From assembly GCA_963701295.1 (NCBI GenBank), contig OY969585.1, positions 480,001-544,000 on the forward strand: DNA of 64,000 bases. Direction: 5' to 3'. The stretch comes from Ignavibacteriota bacterium (lineage in GTDB: Bacteria; Bacteroidota; Ignavibacteria; UBA10030). The notes under the pieces are model-generated. The model had not been told where the DNA came from and ran no database searches. It saw only the letters and a program-made list of their open reading frames with translations. The position numbers and the translations under genes are program-made. This document shows positions 59,568-64,000 of the stretch, one piece after another; the stretch's first letter is position 1, and every line of letters starts with the position of its first letter.

Positions 59568-60011
59568 TTAGTTTAATCTTGAGGGTTGTGGTTCAGCAAT
59601 CCATTTTTCGATTTGAGCTTTTATTTGATTGCGGATATCTATTGTTTTGTGAAGTTTCTCTTCGAATGTCCCTTGCAGATTTGAAGGATCGGGAAAGCTC
59701 CAATGAAGCTTCTTTGCAATACCCGGGAATATTGGACATCGCTCACTGCTTGCTTCATCACAGACTGTAATGACATAATTAAAACGCCGTCCCTGCTTAT
59801 AAAGATCAAACACATCTTGTGTCTTCTTTTGAGAAATATCAATTGCCATGTCCTTCATAGCTTCGATTGCAAGAGGATTAAGTATTCCGGGTTCAAGTCC
59901 GGCGCTTTCAGCAATGAACCTATTTCCTGCAAGATGGTTTAATAGCGCTTCTGCCATTTGGCTTCTCGCACTATTATGAACGCAAACGAAAAGAACTTTT
60001 TCTTTCTCCAT
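59568..60011 (-). CDS. arsC: Thioredoxin-coupled arsenate reductase (LMW-PTP fold)
   Basis: [16 protein letters not shown]....RCP, HWSFPDP. Confidence 0.95.
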   Translation of the reverse strand: MEKEKVLFVCVHNSARSQMAEALLNHLAGNRFIAESAGLEPGILNPLAIEAMKDMAIDISQKKTQDVFDLYKQGRRFNYVITVCDEASSERCPIFPGIAKKLHWSFPDPSNLQGTFEEKLHKTIDIRNQIKAQIEKWIAEPQPSRLN

Positions 60012-60155
60012 AGTATCTCCTTAACGATTTAATGATTCCATTGAATATTCTTGCGGAAATATTTTAAGTCTGTTCCTGTCATTTAGATTACTTTCACGCA
60101 ATGTAATATAATGGGAATAGACAATGGAGAGAAGTTACCTTATTGTTAACTTTTT

Positions 60156-60935
60156 TCAATTCTTCAACTTCTTGTATAGTGCATTCAATCTGTCTTGATA
60201 AAATCCTTTGATTGTGGTTTCTTCTTCAGCTAATGGTCTTACCGGCACTAAATCCATAACTTCGGCCGGTGTCAACCCAGATTCGTACATTGTCTTTGCA
60301 GCACCGTTAAGCATTTTTGGAATGGCATCCTCCAGAGTATTATCCGATATGCCAAAGGATTTTGCTAGTTCCTGCAATTCATACAATTGAAACCAAAAAT
60401 AGGTCGGTCCCATCGCTGTGGTAATTGCAAATGATTCTAGGAGTTCCTCCGGCACTTCCGGGCAATCACCTAGTATGCCGAACAGTTCGAGCACTGTCTT
60501 CCTTTTATCTTCACTTATAGTGCTGGAGAATGCAACCGGATTGTATCCGGCATTTACAACGGAGGGGGCGTTTGGATTAATACGAGCAATGTTTTTAAAT
60601 CCACCGAGTCCCTCAGAGAGTTTAGCAATTGATACTTTTGGAGCTAGTGATATAACAAGCGCTGATGGATTCATAACGGATTTGATTTCCTGCAATATCT
60701 CACTAACTACCGGAGGGTGAAGTCCGACAAGAACAATATCACACGATGCCGGTAGTTTTGCATTGTTGACTACCATTTCGATGTGTTGAAACTCGTTTTT
60801 TAGTTTATTCAAAACATCTGCATTGTTATCGCTCACGACGATCTTGTTCGGAAGTTTTCCGACACGGCTCCATCCCTTTAATATGATCTTTGCAACACGA
60901 CCGCCGCCTATAAAGCCAATTGTCAATTGTTCCAT
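60156..60935 (-). CDS. Pyrroline-5-carboxylate reductase-like NAD(P) oxidoreductase
   Basis: GFIGGGRVA Rossmann motif, RINPNAP, AMGPTYF. Confidence 0.75.
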   Translation of the reverse strand: MEQLTIGFIGGGRVAKIILKGWSRVGKLPNKIVVSDNNADVLNKLKNEFQHIEMVVNNAKLPASCDIVLVGLHPPVVSEILQEIKSVMNPSALVISLAPKVSIAKLSEGLGGFKNIARINPNAPSVVNAGYNPVAFSSTISEDKRKTVLELFGILGDCPEVPEELLESFAITTAMGPTYFWFQLYELQELAKSFGISDNTLEDAIPKMLNGAAKTMYESGLTPAEVMDLVPVRPLAEEETTIKGFYQDRLNALYKKLKN

Positions 60936-60949
60936 ATCTGACTCTCCCC

Positions 60950-61357
60950 TTAATGTAATTTTTCAGTGTGATCTAATATCGTTCCGGCTATAACGGCTTG
61001 CACAGCTTCATCAATTGTTGTTATATCCGTTACAACAGGTTTGATGTGTAATTGAAGCATACTTTGATACGCCCCGTTACCCATGCCGCGTGCAAGTAAA
61101 ATCTGGCAATCCTTAATTGCTTCAGCCATACTGATATGCTTATTGTGGGATGACTCATCAAGGCCGTGTTGAGTGCCGGAATGATGATGTTCTTCGTGAG
61201 CGAAATTGTGATGGCCTATTTTCTCGCGGCGTTCTCTTTTAACAACTATGCCGTTTTCGACAAACAATACTTCATAGAACTTTGCTCTTCCGAAATGCTG
61301 ACTGATTGTCAAGCCGTCATCTGTAACGACCGCAATATTGATGTTTTTATTTTCCAT
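60950..61357 (-). CDS. NifB/NifX-family (FeMo-co-binding fold) His-rich protein
   Basis: ISQHFGRA, GMG.GA, His-rich loop. Confidence 0.85.
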   Translation of the reverse strand: MENKNINIAVVTDDGLTISQHFGRAKFYEVLFVENGIVVKRERREKIGHHNFAHEEHHHSGTQHGLDESSHNKHISMAEAIKDCQILLARGMGNGAYQSMLQLHIKPVVTDITTIDEAVQAVIAGTILDHTEKLH

Positions 61358-61369
61358 TTTGATATTCCT

Positions 61370-62071
61370 TTAGAATGATGAATAGAAAGTGTAGATTCCG
61401 CCAAGAATGACGAGAACTCCTGCAATGCGTTTTATCCATAAAACGATATTCGATCTGTTTGTCCAATCGAGATATGCTTGTATACGGGAAGTAAGTCCGC
61501 CCGCTGCAACGATAACTCCGCAATGTCCGAGTCCGAAAGCGAGAAGCAACATTCCCCCTGCTATAACGTTTGTGCTCGACATCTGAAACACAATACCTAA
61601 AACCGGTGCCATAAATGCAAATGTGCACGGACCAAGTGCTATTCCGAATATCAATCCGAGAACAAATGCAGACCAGAGCGCTGAACGATTCTGTATGGGA
61701 CGTAGATTCACTCCTGTATCAGGAAGGCGAATAATGTCCATCAGGTACAGCCCAACGATAAAGAAAACAACTGCAACAGCATATTTTCCATATGCACCAA
61801 CATCTCCCATAATTCTTCCGAGAGATGCAGTGATAATTCCGAGAACAGCAATTGTCAGTAAGATTCCAACAGCGAAAACGAAAGCAAGAAATACACCCCG
61901 TGATGTCTTTTTCTCATTTTTTGATGTGAGGAAACCAATGATAAGTGGAATACTTGATAAATGACACGGGCTTAGAAGAATGCTTAATATTCCCCATGAA
62001 AAGGAAGCAAGCAATGCAAGTGCCAGGTTTCCGTATAGAGCTTCCGTGAGTGCTGTGAAGAGAGACTCCAT
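61370..62071 (-). CDS. ccdA: CcdA/DsbD-beta thiol-disulfide transporter
   Basis: LSPCHL and GPCT cysteine motifs, six TMs. Confidence 0.85.
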   Translation of the reverse strand: MESLFTALTEALYGNLALALLASFSWGILSILLSPCHLSSIPLIIGFLTSKNEKKTSRGVFLAFVFAVGILLTIAVLGIITASLGRIMGDVGAYGKYAVAVVFFIVGLYLMDIIRLPDTGVNLRPIQNRSALWSAFVLGLIFGIALGPCTFAFMAPVLGIVFQMSSTNVIAGGMLLLAFGLGHCGVIVAAGGLTSRIQAYLDWTNRSNIVLWIKRIAGVLVILGGIYTFYSSF

Positions 62072-62074
62072 CGG

Positions 62075-62512
62075 TTATCCTTTTGAGTTGGAATTAGGTT
62101 TCAAACCTTTCGATTGCAGGAAAGCATCAATCTCTTTTTCCGGAAAATATCCTTCATGCCGCATAAGCTCTTTGCCGTTTGCATCAAGAAAGACTTGCGT
62201 TGGTATCAAGCGGATATTATAGTCTTTTGCAAAATGCGCTTGTTCTTCTTTCCATACATCGTAAAATACTATCTTGATTTGACTGCCGTATTTTTCTTCA
62301 ACTGCTTTCATCACCTTTTGCATGGCTTTGCAGGGAATACAATTTACCGATCCGAGTTCAACGAATGTGATGAGCGGGTTGGCAATTGTTGCGCTGGTAT
62401 CCTTCGTTACAGAAGTGGGTTTTGTTTTCTTCGTGGTTTTCTTTGATTGTGCAAATGCCGCTGAACCAAAAGCGATGCTTAGAATCAGAAATAATACTAT
62501 TTGTCTTTTCAT
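62075..62512 (-). CDS. Exported thioredoxin-family protein
   Basis: Signal peptide, CIPC, IPTQVFLD..GKE..RH.G. Confidence 0.9.
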   Translation of the reverse strand: MKRQIVLFLILSIAFGSAAFAQSKKTTKKTKPTSVTKDTSATIANPLITFVELGSVNCIPCKAMQKVMKAVEEKYGSQIKIVFYDVWKEEQAHFAKDYNIRLIPTQVFLDANGKELMRHEGYFPEKEIDAFLQSKGLKPNSNSKG

Positions 62513-62751
62513 GTGTGTGCTCCACTCAACCAAGAAAGGAGTTGTTCGTCTTTAGGAATTGAACCTGAACTCTTCACAGCGCCATCAACGACTAAGCCGG
62601 GAGTAGCGAGAATGCCGAATTTCATAATTTCCTGCAGATCGGTCACTTTTTCGATTTCCAAATTAAGTCGATGCTTATCATTCAACGACCGGACTTTTTG
62701 TTCAAGTGTTTTACATTTCGCACAGCCTGAACCGAGTATTTGAATTTTCAT
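62509..62751 (-). CDS. Small redox-active disulfide protein (MTH895/ArsE family)
   Basis: ILGSGCAKC, TPGLVVDG. Confidence 0.9.
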   Translation of the reverse strand: MKIQILGSGCAKCKTLEQKVRSLNDKHRLNLEIEKVTDLQEIMKFGILATPGLVVDGAVKSSGSIPKDEQLLSWLSGAHT

Positions 62752-62772
62752 CTGTAGATTCCTACTATTTTG

Positions 62773-63798
62773 TTAATACACAAGGTTAAATACATACCCT
62801 ACGATGATAATACCTACTGCAACGACGCTAACAAAAATGAATATCAACGGCATTTTCAAAACTTTCCGCAATATAATTGTTTCAGGCAATGAGAGACCAA
62901 TCACCGACATCATAAAGGCAAGCGTTGTGCCGAGCGATGCACCTTTTTCAAGCAGTGCATGAACAACGGGAATGATACCAGCTGCATTCGAGTAGAGTGG
63001 AACACCGATGAGGACAGCAATGGGAACTGACCACCATGCGGACTTTCCCATAAGACTGGCCATGAAATTCTCCGGCACATATCCATGAATACCTGCTCCG
63101 ACGGCTATGCCGACGAGAAGATATGGCCATACTTTTCCAACAATATCATTTACTGCGTCATAACCCGAGTGCATCCGGTCACGGAATGTTTGCACTGTTT
63201 CTTCCGGTGAAGCAGCATTGGAATGGATTTGATAGACCCAATCTTCAACGAAATGTTCGACCTTCAACCTGCCAATGACGTAACCGGAAGTGATGGCGAT
63301 GAGCAATCCTGTACTCACATAGAGCAAAGCTGTCTGCCAACCGAATAAACCGAATAACAATACAACGGCCACTTCATTGATCATTGGCGCTGCAATGAGG
63401 AAAGAGAATGTGACGCCAAGAGGGATTCCCGACTCCACGAAACCAATGAAGAGTGGGATTGCTGAACATGAGCAAAACGGAGTGACAATGCCGAGCATAC
63501 TTGCAAGAACATTGCCTGTAAAGAGAGATTTTCCTCCTAACATCTTGCGAGTACGTTCCGGGGAAAAGTATGTCCGCACAATACCGACTGCAAAAACCAC
63601 AAGTGTAAGAAGCAATAATACTTTCGGCGCTTCGTAAACAAAGAATCTTACGGCTTCCATCAATCGTTGGCCTTGGACTAATCCTGTCAAAGAAATAAAT
63701 GCGTCTGCAAGAGGCTGCAACGCTGTATACAGTATAACCCAAAGCAGCAAAAGAATCGTTGCGGCGCTAAGCGTATATTGTTCAATCATCTTCTTCAT
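62773..63798 (-). CDS. arsP: ArsP/DUF318 permease
   Basis: TPFCSCSAIP, APMINE, GVPLYSNAAG, LSLPE. Confidence 0.88.
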   Translation of the reverse strand: MKKMIEQYTLSAATILLLLWVILYTALQPLADAFISLTGLVQGQRLMEAVRFFVYEAPKVLLLLTLVVFAVGIVRTYFSPERTRKMLGGKSLFTGNVLASMLGIVTPFCSCSAIPLFIGFVESGIPLGVTFSFLIAAPMINEVAVVLLFGLFGWQTALLYVSTGLLIAITSGYVIGRLKVEHFVEDWVYQIHSNAASPEETVQTFRDRMHSGYDAVNDIVGKVWPYLLVGIAVGAGIHGYVPENFMASLMGKSAWWSVPIAVLIGVPLYSNAAGIIPVVHALLEKGASLGTTLAFMMSVIGLSLPETIILRKVLKMPLIFIFVSVVAVGIIIVGYVFNLVY

Positions 63799-64000
63799 AA
63801 TACACTCGTGTGCTCCAAGAGAATCTCTTTAAGCTTTTCTACGGTAGGCACAAAGCCCGCTATAGCGACCTTTTCGTCTATGACCAATCCGGGTGTCCGC
63901 ATGATGCCGTAGGAAGCGATCTTCTGATAGTCTTGGACCTTTTCAACGACAGCTTCGAGGTTCAATTCCTGTAACGCTTCCTTCGTCCGCTTTTCTAGTG
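63795..64000 (-). CDS. Second MTH895/ArsE-family redox protein, 5' end outside the window
   Basis: Minus strand reads LEKRTKEAL...VEKVQDYQKIASYGIMRTPGLVIDEKV...*; stop overlaps the arsP start. Confidence 0.85.
   Translation of the reverse strand, partial: LEKRTKEALQELNLEAVVEKVQDYQKIASYGIMRTPGLVIDEKVAIAGFVPTVEKLKEILLEHTSVL

Larger units (their letters stand above)
49215..64000. mobile_element. Genomic island beginning at tRNA-Glu (right boundary not seen)
   Basis: Integrase 70 bp after the tRNA, AT-rich orphan ORFs, IS3, a third truncated integrase, resistance cargo; no tRNA-end duplication found by eye. Confidence 0.7.

Noticed and set aside
49215-64000. attR duplicate of the tRNA-Glu 3' end
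   Set aside because: No convincing copy found by eye within the window; it may lie beyond the window or have been deleted

Overview
Bacterial chromosome segment, probably from an FCB-group organism such as Ignavibacteria (inferred from a T9SS-type C-terminal signal, TonB systems, Shine-Dalgarno use and TTGACA/TATACT promoters). It has four parts. (1) 0.3-5.9 kb: accessory cassettes (tandem-PLD nuclease plus DNA methyltransferase; cysteine desulfurase/C-GCAxxG-C-C/LysR) stacked behind copA and delimited by two extra copies of the copA 3' end. (2) 5.9-23 kb: a metal-homeostasis cluster with copA/copZ, a REP-associated transposase, two CxxC+RAPP-like leader ORFs ahead of outer-membrane uptake genes, a Zn/Mn ABC unit, an IS1595-interrupted secreted protease, a ZIP pseudogene and a hemerythrin-LuxR regulator next to feoAB. 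(3) 23-49 kb: mostly core genes (rdgB, radA, cpoB-like, envC operon, tRNA-Pro, TPR-repeat/TonB pair, RND pump, nfnAB, tRNA-His, tRNA-Glu). (4) From tRNA-Glu to the window end: an island with two convergent tyrosine integrases, a catalytically dead RNase H-like protein beside a roughly 430-nt highly structured non-coding region and a WYL-like regulator, an IS3 element, and an arsenic/thiol-redox cluster. The best candidates for undescribed systems are the dead-RNase H/structured-RNA/dual-integrase module and the copA-3'-end-anchored cassette array. All calls come from reading the sequence by eye; no database searches or folding programs were run.
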